DNA of 64,000 bases from Vermamoeba vermiformis (Eukaryota). Below are positions 52,871 to 64,000 of the stretch, in pieces. How positions within the stretch are numbered: position 1 is the stretch's first letter; the number at the start of each line of letters is the position of its first letter. A program made the translations under genes and the position numbers. A model generated the notes under the pieces. It did no database searches. It was not told where the DNA came from and was given only the letters and a program-made list of their open reading frames with translations. Location: NCBI GenBank assembly GCA_045837725.1, contig JBEWZL010000214.1, positions 1 to 64,000 of the forward strand. The letters run 5' to 3'.

Positions 52871-53404
52871 TGTTGATATCTTGATTTGAATAAACTGTTC
52901 TTTTTCACAGCATTTTATTCCTTTGGCCACAAAATCTATCGCATTTTTTTCTGGCCGGCAGTTAGTGTCTTTACACGAAGAAAATTCGTGTCTACACCGC
53001 AATGTGTACTGATTCCTATCCTTACAGTATACCGCGTTAGCATGTTCTAACACTTTTCTCTTAATACACCCGTCAGCAAATCGAAAGATTTTTCCGTGCT
53101 CAGAAAATGGATGTAGGATCAGCCAAGCCAAGTTAATTTAATAATTACATGATTAATTTAATTATTATATTTTAGACTATATTACGCGATATCGAGCTGA
53201 CATTACAATGCAGCAAAATTAATTAAATCCGGTGTTAGGAATGCAAATCAACGCCCGCCCTAATAAATTCATCATTATTGTTTGACCCGATTCAAGATTA
53301 AGTTAAACATGCAAAATAATTGTTTGCTAGATCGCGACTCCAGTTGTCAACAAAAAAATCTTGGCATAATTGATAAATGTTATAATTATTTTACAATTGA
53401 GTAT

Positions 53405-56400
53405 TTAATGCTGTTTCGTTGATTTTTGTTCGTTGAAGTTAGCCACGGTCACAGAGCCCTCACTGTCCACCACGACACTTGTCAAAGGCACGTGACTTCG
53501 CTTCTTGGCAGTGCCTTTCACACCAGATTCGATGCGCGAGAAAATTCCTTTCTTGGTGCTGCGAATGACTTCGGCACGTGACTTCCAAGTGGTGACGACC
53601 AGCACTGCGATGACGACAAAGGCCAACAAGAAGACTGTTAACAGCTCTCCACGAGCCACCCTGATGGTTTGCAAAGGCAAGTCAATCTTATCGCTAGGTG
53701 AGCCTATAAAACACCGTTAACATTGCACTCAAGCGAGATCTGATCCATCAGTATCGAACACCGGATACAATTGATCGAGTATTATGAACAATGACTTACC
53801 TTTAGTGCGAGTAACAGTGACTGTATCAAGTTGCGTGTGTCGTGGCACGAGCTTGATCTCAAAAGTGCGGATCTCGGTTGGATGCAGCGTGATGAAGGAG
53901 TTGATATCTTCAATCTCTTTGTCTTTTATATCATCAGTCGACGGCGATCGTTTTCTTCGTGCCAAGTTCGCCTCACTGTCAGCTTCTTGCTTGACCTCTT
54001 GTCCAGCCTTCTCCAACGCGTCCTTTGAAATGAACACTCCCTCTTCGTCGGTGTTCTGTTTGTCGAGCTGTGCCTCGTCGACTTGGACGTTGCTGAGGTC
54101 TGAAACACCCGAGGACTTCCATACTCGACGAGTGGACTCTTGTTCTTCAATCGCTATGAAAAGTGCACGTGTCAATAGGGCTGTAACTTCGTGTCAAGTA
54201 CGTGACACGTTCAATTTAAAACTTACGTTGAGTGATGGTCAGTGACTTTTCGCCAATAAATTGCAGCTTGAATGCGTTGAAAAACTCTTGGATCTCGAGC
54301 TTTGTTTTCCTAAGAGAAAAAACTTGTCAGATCGCGTGTCTTGGGAAGTGAGCGCTAGACGTACTTTGCCAGATCTGACTTAATCTTGTCCGATCCCTCG
54401 CTGGTGTGCATTAATCGCAATAACAAGCTCTCTTCACCGGCCAAATACTACAAAAGTTGGTTCATTAGCACTCGTGTTAACAAAAGATGAAAGAATAGGT
54501 GCTTACTCTCAATGTGGTGATATGCACGTTCGAAGGCAACGAATCTAAACATGACTATTAGCACAAGTGTAAAAGAACGCGTTATTACGTACATTTCATG
54601 GGTCTGAAGCTGGTCTCAAAGTTTTCTTTCCACGTGTCCACTAGATTTTCTTGATGTTGAGTCAACGAACTGTCTCTGGCGATGAATGATCGCATAGGAT
54701 TGTTTAAGATCAAACTCAATTCTCTATAACGGTAAACTATTAGTGCCTGGCACGCGATCAGATTCGAATCCGCATCTTACCTAGCGTTGTCATCTGAGAC
54801 GGCGTTATTGTTATAAAGAGCCCATAAAGTGGTAGCAACAACTGATCTGTCGTTATTTGGCTCAGCAAGACCTCTACCGTCATCACGTGGCAAGTTTCTG
54901 TGGATCATCAACTCCAGCGTTCCACCCGCGGGACTTGTCGCACCAATTGAATGACGGTTCAAAATCTATGAAATTGTTAGCAATATGGCACGAGAGTGCG
55001 TGACTTACAGTAAAACGCTCATCTGTTTCTTCGCACTTGAGGAAAGACATGGAGATGCAGGGGTAGTAGTTGTGCTCGGGACGATCGTCTTTACGTTCAC
55101 GCTGCAATACTTCAACGCCGTTATCGGTATAGAAATGTCTGCTGTTGGGTGCAATGGCTGTGTGGTACTTGACAACGACTTCGGTCGCAGATTCAGCCTT
55201 GACTTTGTAATCTTGTTCGATGATCAATTGCGTAGTAGTAGCCTCGGTAGAATACAATTTAATATGCCACTCGAGATCATTGCCCAAAATAATCTAGCAA
55301 AAGAGCGGTTAAATCCAGAGCAGAAAAAATAAAAAAGAAATGCCGCGACCCGGGATTGAACCGGGGGCCTCTAGATCTTCAGTCTAACGCTCTCCCAACT
55401 GAGCTATCGCGGCTTGCCTTGTCCGACCGCCAAATTTTTTAGCGACGCGACGTGTACAGAAAACAATAAACTTGTTTTTCGCTTACCCTTGCTTCTTGAA
55501 CGTGCTCTCCCTTGTAGATAACCAAAAGGTACTTTTGAATTACAGTCGAAGCAGGACTAGTGGTTCGCATAATGTACGCACCACTTCTTTGAGCGTCTCG
55601 GTATGCCATCAACTGGTGCACGTGTTAATAAGCACATCCAATACAATTTTTGGCTTCACTACTTACGTCTTGGTTTAATTGCTGTGTTTTGCCTGTTTTT
55701 TTGTTCAGGATCTTGCCCATCAAACCATTCGTCGAAGAGAAAATGATTTGTAAATTGTCGTTTTCAATGAACGCTGCCTCAGATCCATCAGCGTGAGTGA
55801 TCGCAGCGAAGGAATAAATACTATCAACTTTAGGTCCGTTGTAACCTTCGCGACTCCAAGCTTGAGTGGTAGGCACAGCAGCCAATGCAGTTGTCTCGGG
55901 ATCCACCTTCAAGAAGTAGGTTTCGGCTCCGAGTGGAGACACCTCAGCCAAGAAATACAAATAGAATCCAGTATTGTTTTTCAACGGATCAACGGGAATC
56001 ATCTAGTCATAATGTTAGAGTTAAAAAAAAGTCGAATTGGATCGCGTACCTCGCTCGGCACATGATTGCCTGCAGCATCTGTAACAATAATCTTGTGCTT
56101 GGATTTGACGGTCAAATGTTGGTACTGCTTTCGAGGCCAGCCAAGCGAGTTATGCACGGCAATAACGTAGTCAGTTTTCTCTTCAAAATCTAACACGCGC
56201 AATTCCGATTCAAACTCTGGCGCCGCCTTATCACCAGCCAACAGCACTGACAATGACTTGGCAAGGGCAACTTTCGAGGCATTGTAGCCCTTGTCGAGTC
56301 TGTTCGTGTAGTCTTGAGCCACGAATCCACGAGCTGTACCTGTAATGCCGTCGTGGTGTTGAACCAAGGCTGAGTCCTTTGCAAATAAATCATAATTAAT

Positions 56401-58415
56401 TAAAGCACTAAAGGTGATTACATAGTCTAATTGTTGCACTAGATCCAGATCTGGACTACTGAAAAACACTTACTCTGCGAGCCCATTTGAGATCATAAGC
56501 AGTATCAGCAATGTTAAGAATGTTCTTGCCATTAGGCACATTTCCTTGCACGACCTTGTGATTGGCGAGTGCGACACCAGTCTCTGCAGACTTGATCATA
56601 GCATCCACTTCACGCGAGTGCAACTTCAGTGCAGGACGTGTGGTATAATAGCCCTGTTTATGGTTAGTATATGCCCGCTTAGTATAACACTATACGTACT
56701 GTCCAATAGCTGTCGCCGTTGTCAGCGTACGGGAAGAAATCTCCGAAGAATGAGGGGAACTCGGCCTTCGCGTTGTTGAGCGCGTCAAAATATCGCGAGA
56801 GAGTCGAGTATTGAATGTTAACACCAAAGTCAGGGTTGGCATTGATGTATTCTATCAATATATAAGAAATTGATCCTATTATCAGTTTTTCTGAAGGTAC
56901 GTACTAATGAGCGGATCCATGTTAGAGAACTGTTTGGTGGCATCAACGAACTTAAAGTCATCGCCCCACGGTACCAACAAGTTATTAGTACGATAGGCAG
57001 TGGCTCTGCCCGTCAAAATATTGACGAGTTCTCGCGCACGCTTTGCTTTGTTCTCTTCTGTCGTGGTCATCCAAGTCTCTTCGAAATCAAATCCTCTGCA
57101 ACACTGAAGTTAGCTCATTGCACAATATAACTTTATTTGGTTAATGTTAATGGAATTCCATTGTCAATGAAATGGTCGTCTAATTAGTAAATTAGAATAA
57201 TAACTTACTGAGGAGCAGAATAATGCGTGTGAAGCACGTGAGTCATAATCTTCGAGTCCGCTCTATAATTAATTAATAAGTGTTCGTAGTATCCATAATA
57301 ATATCATTTTCTTACTGGTTCAATCCGTGCCAGATAAATTCCATGTGCTTTGCTGACTTGTATTTGTTCTAGGAAACATTTTCGTTACATTTCGTTCATA
57401 ATAATATAAAATAATTGGTTTGGAGTTACCTTCAAATCGAAGTGAATTCTATTGATAACAAGTGCATCAAATCCTGCTTTCGCGAACAAACTTGGAGTCA
57501 AAGATGAATGACCGAACGGATCAATCTTAAAATAATAAATAATTAGATTTAAAATAATTAATGGTATATTAAGGGTTGATATTTACCTGCCAAGCAACGC
57601 GTGGTTTAACTTTGAAGTTTTCCCACAGGTATTGGTGACCTTCTGTGACCTGATCTATCACTTGATGATAATGCGCATTGGCTTCATCGTTTTGGACCCA
57701 TCCACCTGCAAATTAATTAATATTATCTTTTCAAACAAGTGCGCGGAAATACGGATTAAGTTTGTTCGTTAAACCGGATTTGACAACAAAAAAATAAATA
57801 AATCTTACCAGCGACGAATTCGAATTGCTTGTTATCAATTAACTTCTTTAGCTTCGCTTTGACGTCATTAGTTTGACTCTCGTACCACCGCTCAAAGAAA
57901 GAACTAGTCGTCGGAAAAATTAGAATCACAGCCGGAACTTTGCATGCAAAAAATTGATCGTATAATTATGATAATTAGGACTTACATCTCTGCCCAGACA
58001 AATGTACGCGAAGGATCTTTGGATAACTCGTTGACTACGTTCGTTAAGATCCGAGTTACGCGCATATTAAAATAACCCTAAAAAAGTTTTGTAGTTTTAG
58101 CAGCATGCGATTATAATAATATTAATTCAAGAAGAATATACTAATATGATCATAATATTATTTGATAAAAGGAGAATTCATTTTTTTGAATTTTGAAAAT
58201 AACGATCTGTTTTTAAATTACACAGAAAATCTTCTAAAATCGTGCTAACATTTAATTAATGGATTATTAGCATATAATATTACCTCGAACGTTTCCAACC
58301 ATCCAGGATCGCAATGGGAATGCGGGATCAGATGAACATTCAAAGGTTCTGCAGACGATAGCCCAGCAAAGAGCACAACAGAACAGGCAATAATAAATAA
58401 ATATATATATCTCAT
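53405..58415 (-). CDS. GH38 class II (lysosomal-type) alpha-mannosidase with a C-terminal TM anchor
   Basis: Signal peptide; '[10 protein letters not shown]', 'GGWVQNDEA', 'WQIDPFGH', 'PWGDDF', 'QHHDGITGT', 'SGAYI' and 'DDGRGL'. TM '[17 protein letters not shown]'. Confidence 0.93.
55341..55413 (-). tRNA. tRNA-Phe (GAA)
   Basis: Reverse complement GCCGCGATAGCTCAGTTGGGAGAGCGTTAGACTGAAGATCTAGAGGCCCCCGGTTCAATCCCGGGTCGCGGCA. It has a 7-bp acceptor stem, D arm, CTGAAGA anticodon loop and GGTTCAATCC T loop, and is followed by a T-run Pol III terminator. Confidence 0.97.
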
Positions 58416-58571
58416 ATTACACTATTGTACATGGGTTAAGATTTAAATAATGATGAAACAACGTCAGCAATTTTTTGTCCCATTTTTTTTCAGCCAAATA
58501 ATTCCAGCCCAGCACGCGTACAACTCTATTGCCTATTTTTTCATATTAGTCCATAACACGACACATATAAG

Positions 58572-59586
58572 ATGACGGCAGATAAAAGAAATGATTCAGT
58601 AACAATAGGAGTTCGCTCGATCTTCAGTCGGCCATTTGATTTATTATTATGCTTTGTATTTTTAGTCAAGGCTATTATTGCCGCGTATTCCGATATTATG
58701 AACGCTATAGGTAATTATTGCCAATCAAATTACGAAGTAACGGTCACCAGACAGATCCGGATAGTTATTACGATGCATTCTCTCTACAAATATTAATTAC
58801 ATTATTATATCATATAATTATTAATGTAAATATTAATATTGACGTAAGAAGCGAAAATGAGGCCGTAATTAATTTTTCTCCTTGTAGGTCCGATCGAAGG
58901 CAAGATGTCGCCCGAAACCGTAAAAGATTATGCTTGGCCTCCTAAAATGTGGTGGGACTTATTTTGGTGGTGGACTGACTTGGCAGATCCTCATTTACGC
59001 GTCAATCCAGTCTGGCTCAAGGTCGGATGCGCTTTGTCGGCTTATGTCTATACTCCTTTCTATTTCATTGCCATCTACGCATTTGTGAAAGGTAATATAA
59101 ACGCTTTTAGTTATATAGCATTAAGTCTAACCCTTTTTCGAAAGGACGCAACTGGATTCGTGATTGGGTCCTGATGTGGGGCTGGGGCATGATTTTGACT
59201 GTCGTAAGTAATATTAATATATTTAATACTGTCCCTAAATATATAATAATCGATTGTGTGGCTTAAACATTCCACGAAGATCTGATCCGTTGAATTTGTC
59301 CTCGTTACAAAATGATACAATAAGACATATTCGAATATTACAAATACTTTAGCTAACCCATTCATTAGGTGTTTGTTTTGAGCGAATTAACCATGTCTGA
59401 GAAACATTACAGCAACAACTTGGTGCTCGCTTACATCGGTACGTAAATAATTTACGGTCTTTAAACGTTACCGATGATTAATAATATGCTGCTGTAGTAT
59501 ATGGTGCTTATATTCTATTCCCGTTCTTTGCAATGGTTCGTGTGTGGCCGAGAAATGTTTTTGGTGTAAAAGAGAAAAATGAATAA
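58572..59586 (+). CDS. EXPERA/EBP-domain membrane protein (TMEM97/TM6SF-like)
   Basis: 'RPFDLLLCFVF', 'WWWTDLADPHLRVNPVWLK', 'YTPFYFIAIYAFVKG' and 'YGAYILFP'. Confidence 0.75.
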
Positions 59587-59680
59587 AACTCGTAGTGACA
59601 GTGGCGCAAATGAATGCAAACAGAATAAATTATAAACATACGCAAAATATAATATTTATTTATAGAATCTAAAACGGTAT

Positions 59681-60290
59681 CACCTTTCACGCTTCTTTGT
59701 TACCATTACGCTTTGTACCTTCGTACCGATCCAGTTCTTTGATACTAAATCTCGTAAAATCTTCAGTCGGCGGGCATAAGCGAGCGCACTGTTATCCTTG
59801 TAATGATATAAGCATAAAAATTTAGCAACAAAAGTAAACTACCTTACTACGGTACTCCAAAATAGCTTTTTGCAAATCTAGCAGCTCATAATGCAGTTGT
59901 TGCAAGTCTTGTGAATCATCGAGTACTTTTTGTTGCGCTTCATCTACAAACAGCAGAAATTCATGGTTTGCAATCCGCCTCAGATTTTGCATCTCTTTTA
60001 CCGCATTAAAAGGTTTTATTTTGTTGACAAGTCCTGGATTGCCTTCGAAAGCCGAATCTGTGGAGCTTTCTCCAATGCCTCACTTAAATACAATATTTCC
60101 CAGTCATTTAAAGATGTAATTAGAAAATATTTGGCCGGATAGCTGGCAGTAAGTTCTTCATCTACTAATTCTGCTCTCGCGATCAAGTATTTTATTTCCT
60201 CGATCGGTGCCTCGGGAACAACACTATGGTGTCGGTTAGTATATACTAATAGCTATTAAAATATTTGACTTACATAGTGGAGTTATTCAC
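59681..60290 (-). pseudogene. Fragmentary coding exons of an unidentified gene
   Basis: Splice-bounded segments 'VVPEAPIEEIKYLIARAE...', 'MKRNKKVLDDSQDLQQLHYELL...' and '...VMVTKKRER*'. No coherent start was found. Confidence 0.3.
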
Positions 60291-60400
60291 CGTAGTTACA
60301 ATTTGTGCAATTAAAAGTGTATTTTGTAAAAAGAAATAAAGTATGTTTATTTAAAATGACGTTTGGTTGTATTTTGTGTTCGACAGATCACAGAGAGTGC

Positions 60401-62275
60401 TCAGTGGTAGGGATAATAGCGTGAAGGAGTGCGGCTGAGGTGTGGGTCAGGTGGATAGTAGTCAGGAACAGGCACATAACGCGTCTCAACAGGTCGTGGA
60501 GCGGGCACGTACACAATCTGTAAAGTCGTTACTCACTGACTTTAATGCTGTAATGAATTTACCTTCTCGGGAGATTGAAATGTCGCCTCTGCTGGCACTG
60601 GTGTGAGTATACTCCCCTTAGTAGAGAGCTTTGACAATGTTGTCTTCGTCCTCTCCACATCTTCGCTAAGTGCAGCAAATTGAGCCGTCAATTCTTTGAT
60701 TTTGCTCAACTTGTTATTAATGTCATCTTGAAGCTCAACAATTTGATTCTGCTGACTTGAAAGTTGCTGGTTTACCCGAGTGAGCTGTTGCTGAAGTTTT
60801 ACGACGTCGTCATTTGCAGCATAAGCAACACTCTGTTGCGGGGCATCGAGATCTTCCAAATTATCGTCAAGCTGAAACAATTGCTTCTCAGTTCTTTGTC
60901 TCTTAGCTGGGGGGTTGACTGTCACTTCACGCTTTCGCTTTGACGACCGCGTGATTGGTACCTCGCTTTCAGAACTCTCCGAACTTTCAATGCTTTTGAC
61001 TGGTGCAGGAAGTGGTGCTCTGCGAGTGGGCTTCAGCTTTGTAGCTCTCTTTTCTTTGGCAGCGTTAACACTCGCAGTTGCTGCCTCCAAGTGGTTCTTC
61101 CAGGATGAGGACATTGCAGGAGTGACTCGGTACTGCTTGCGAATTATCTCTCCTGGAGAGGGAGTTCGAAAGATGATGTTTCCAGTTGTAGTGTCTCGAA
61201 CAGCTAACTTGATAATGCGTTTTGATCGCAACAACACAACCGCAACAACAGTACCTTCAGTATTGCCAAAACTGCACGTGTAGCCTCTGCAATAGCCCAC
61301 TGACTGTTGAGCCATTTTGACAACAACTGCAGCGTAAACATCAACCTTTCGTGCAGGCAACTGGGCATGAACGTCAATCAAAGGCTCGGTTCCAGCCTCG
61401 ATGTACAAGTAACAGTCGTCGTTGACTACTTTGACATACTCCAAACCATTATCGATAAAATCTAATATTGATTAACAAAAAGTTACGGTAGTTTGATCAA
61501 AACGCTTACCGGTCCAATTTTCTTCAGGCAGTCGCTCAGGAGGTGTATTGTTTCAGGTCCGTCATACACTGGTCCAATACTGGAATCATCTCCGATATTG
61601 TCTGGTTGCGTTACGACCACGTTAACGTCAGGACATTCTACAAGGAGCTTCGAGTTTTTAATTCGCTCGTGGCCAATGACCACAACATTTGAATTAAGGC
61701 ATAGCACTCGTCTGAGTGGCGATTAGCAATTATAGCAGCATTTAAATACTATTTTTAACTTACTTGTTATGTTTTTCGACTGTCGAAACGGCCCAATTGC
61801 CGAGGCGAATAATCGACCCCTCTTTAATTTCCGAGCGTTTAACCAAATGACTCAGGGATGGATGTAGAACACCAATAATAGTGTGTTGGCCATCAGAGAG
61901 TGTTAATCTATGGATCAGGTCGTGGTTAGACCTGGATCAGATGCAACATGTTGAAAAAATGAAGGATAATTGAAGAAAGAAAAAAACGATTATGCACCAA
62001 ATAATGCGGAAATTATTTCATCATTGCTAATTAACGAAATTCGATGGGGTTTTTTGATTTATGTAATTTAATTTATGATCTAAAACTCTACCAAAAATCA
62101 CAGCGATGCTTGATAGTGTCTCGATTTTATGGCGTTTATAATATTATTGCTAATTGTCAACTTACTTGTAATAACTTGGATTCCTGGATGCAGATGGCGA
62201 ATGGATTTTAACCACTTGCAAATCAATATTATTGGGATTGGTCCCTTGTAAAATCGCTGCTATAGATGTTGACAT
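60401..62275 (-). CDS. Protein with an RPA70 N-terminal-like OB fold, central unknown domain, basic linker and coiled coil
   Basis: Five in-frame exons: 62275-62166, 61907-61764, 61711-61510, 61461-60563 and 60517-60401. The N-terminus 'MSTSIAAILQG...DLQVVKIH...[42 protein letters not shown]...KRVLCL' follows the RPA1 N-domain pattern. Confidence 0.75.
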
Positions 62276-62565
62276 GTTGTTGATACAGCAATAATGTTAG
62301 TAATTTGACTTGGTGCAAACAAAAAAACCAAGGGACCTGTCAACAACCTGTCAACTCGAAACTAACATAATAGTGTTATTTACTATCATTACTAAGCACT
62401 ACAATTGGTTGTGAGAGGTCGCAGGGCCATACAAAGGTAAATCATAATTATAGCTTTTATGACAGTCAACCTGACCTCCACATCCAGGTTGAACACAGAC
62501 CCACGACCTTATGTACAGTGCTGTGACACTATTATAATTAATATATCACCTGTTAAATCAGCCCA

Positions 62566-64000
62566 ATGAGTGACAGATCTACTGGTAAGAAAATAATTTA
62601 TTTAATAATTTTCGAAAATTGTTCGGGTTTTACGTAACGTCGTTTTAATACCAAATACTATAGATTCCTGGGTCGATTCCATTGATATGTCAGATATATT
62701 TAATGACCATGTTGATGACACCACTACAACAGATCCTTTCGACGACGTTGACATGTCGTCGATGTTTGAAGGTATTTTTATTACGCGCAGTAATTGCGAA
62801 AATTAATGATTATTTGCCTACAGATTGGGACCAAAATATAGCATTAGTTTATCAACCTCCTAACAAACGACACTATAATTCAAAGAAATCGACAGTTGTC
62901 GAGCGACGCCAGCCAACTGTGAAACTTGCACGCGGTTCACGATTTGAAAACATTCAAAATGAACAATGCTGCTCACAACAATGCTTGCAATTGCTTTCAT
63001 TATCTCAATTGAAGCGAATTCGATTACCTTTTATTACCAAAAATGAAAGACAAAGGTGTGTATGGCATGTCCTTAGTATGTTGCAACTAACACTCAACAG
63101 ATCAGACTGGTTGTTGGATGTTTTGCGAGCTTCATCGATTAACAAAGGAGATGCATTAAAGATAGTATACAAGCTTGACGGTCATGTAGTGTGTCGAACT
63201 GCGTTCACGAAAGCATTGGGAATCAGCGCAACAAAACTTTCATCAGTAGTTAACTTGGTGAAAACACAAGCAGTAGTTATTGTCCCCCATGGTAATAGTC
63301 TTCGACAATACAAGACTCCTCAGCGCGACAAAGTGGAAGCCTTCATTCTTGGATTGACAAATGTATTTTTTGACGAGCAACCGGACTCTGACGAATGGCA
63401 TTGCCCAATCATCTTGAACAAAAAACTCTTATATGAAGAGCTGTTAGAACAGAATACTCATAATCCCCCTTCAAAGCAAGTGTTTTACAGCACAATTCAA
63501 CATTACCAATGGATCAAATTTCCAAAAAACACAAGGCTAGGAAAATGCGATGAATGTGTCGAGCTCAGAATGTAAGTACATATGTTTATAGCAGCAGATC
63601 TGATTCCGATGTAGAGAACTAAATCGAGCGAAAGGGGAAACAGCAGTTCGAGTGCAGCTTATCAAACAAAAGTTGCGTGATCACAACACTCTCCAAAAGC
63701 TTGAACGTCTAACTTACGACACACGAAAAACATTTGATGCTACAATTCTATGGCAGACTATCTGGGATGGCTACTCTGGAGTTTTAATCCCGCACATTTC
63801 ATGGCCAAATTTCCCAAAGAGTTGGCTTCGCTTGCCGCGTCTTCGATTACAGGTTTCGGGTGTGATCAACCATAACTTGGGAGTGAAAGAGCTGTATGTG
63901 TCTATTGCCCAGCAATTTGATCACGACAGCAACTACAGCATGAATCTACTGGCTATTCATATCTCAAAACAGCTTGCCAATGGACACTCTCTCCCTTCAA
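62566..64000 (+). mobile_element. Sola-like (DUF7869-like) DDD/E transposase gene, spliced, running off the window end
   Basis: Acidic N-terminus; 'CCSQQCL', 'YKLDGHVVCRTAFTKALGIS', 'HGN', 'IKFPKNTRLGKCDEC', 'H..LQKLERLTY', 'IWDG...PH', 'GVINH' and 'DSNYSMN'. Introns at about 62585-62663, 62772-62823, 63056-63100 and 63572-63614. Confidence 0.7.

Noticed and set aside
52871-53131. N-terminal extension of the BCS1-like ORF from a TTG start
   Set aside because: Eukaryotic context; the region looks like AT-rich promoter/UTR and a plausible ATG exists at 52870.
59690-60400. Left terminal inverted repeat or target-site duplication of the transposon
   Set aside because: The other end lies outside the window, so no TIR or TSD can be supported.
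60401-62275. Calling this gene canonical RPA1 or part of a Helitron
   Set aside because: Only the N-terminal OB pattern is recognisable, and no Rep/helicase gene is present in the window.

Overview
Gene-dense, intron-rich eukaryotic genomic DNA (short GT-AG introns with CTAA-type branch sites, AT-rich non-coding sequence). The gene content suggests a free-living protist, plausibly amoebozoan, but this is inference. About 28 protein-coding loci are visible. Housekeeping genes: exportin-7-like, fibrillarin, eIF4E, RIO1 and a G-patch/C2H2 protein. Secreted or glycan-related proteins: GT31, GH5, GH38 and a fasciclin. Others include a receptor-like TKL kinase and at least five F-box genes. There are two DUF4419-like/LRR paralogs (one Kelch-fused) that share a near-identical core, and a tandem duplication that left two CDK-like pseudokinases and a truncated RIO1 copy. 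Small ZZ-finger genes and an intronic tRNA-Phe are also present. At the right end, a spliced Sola-like transposase is head-to-head with a gene that starts with an RPA70 N-terminal-like OB domain. The strongest novelty candidates are that transposase/RPA70N pair, the conserved-core/variable-LRR DUF4419 paralogs, and apparent clustering of GATC sites in introns and promoters. Gene boundaries were assembled by hand and family calls come from motif recognition, not database searches. No CRISPR array or rRNA gene was seen.
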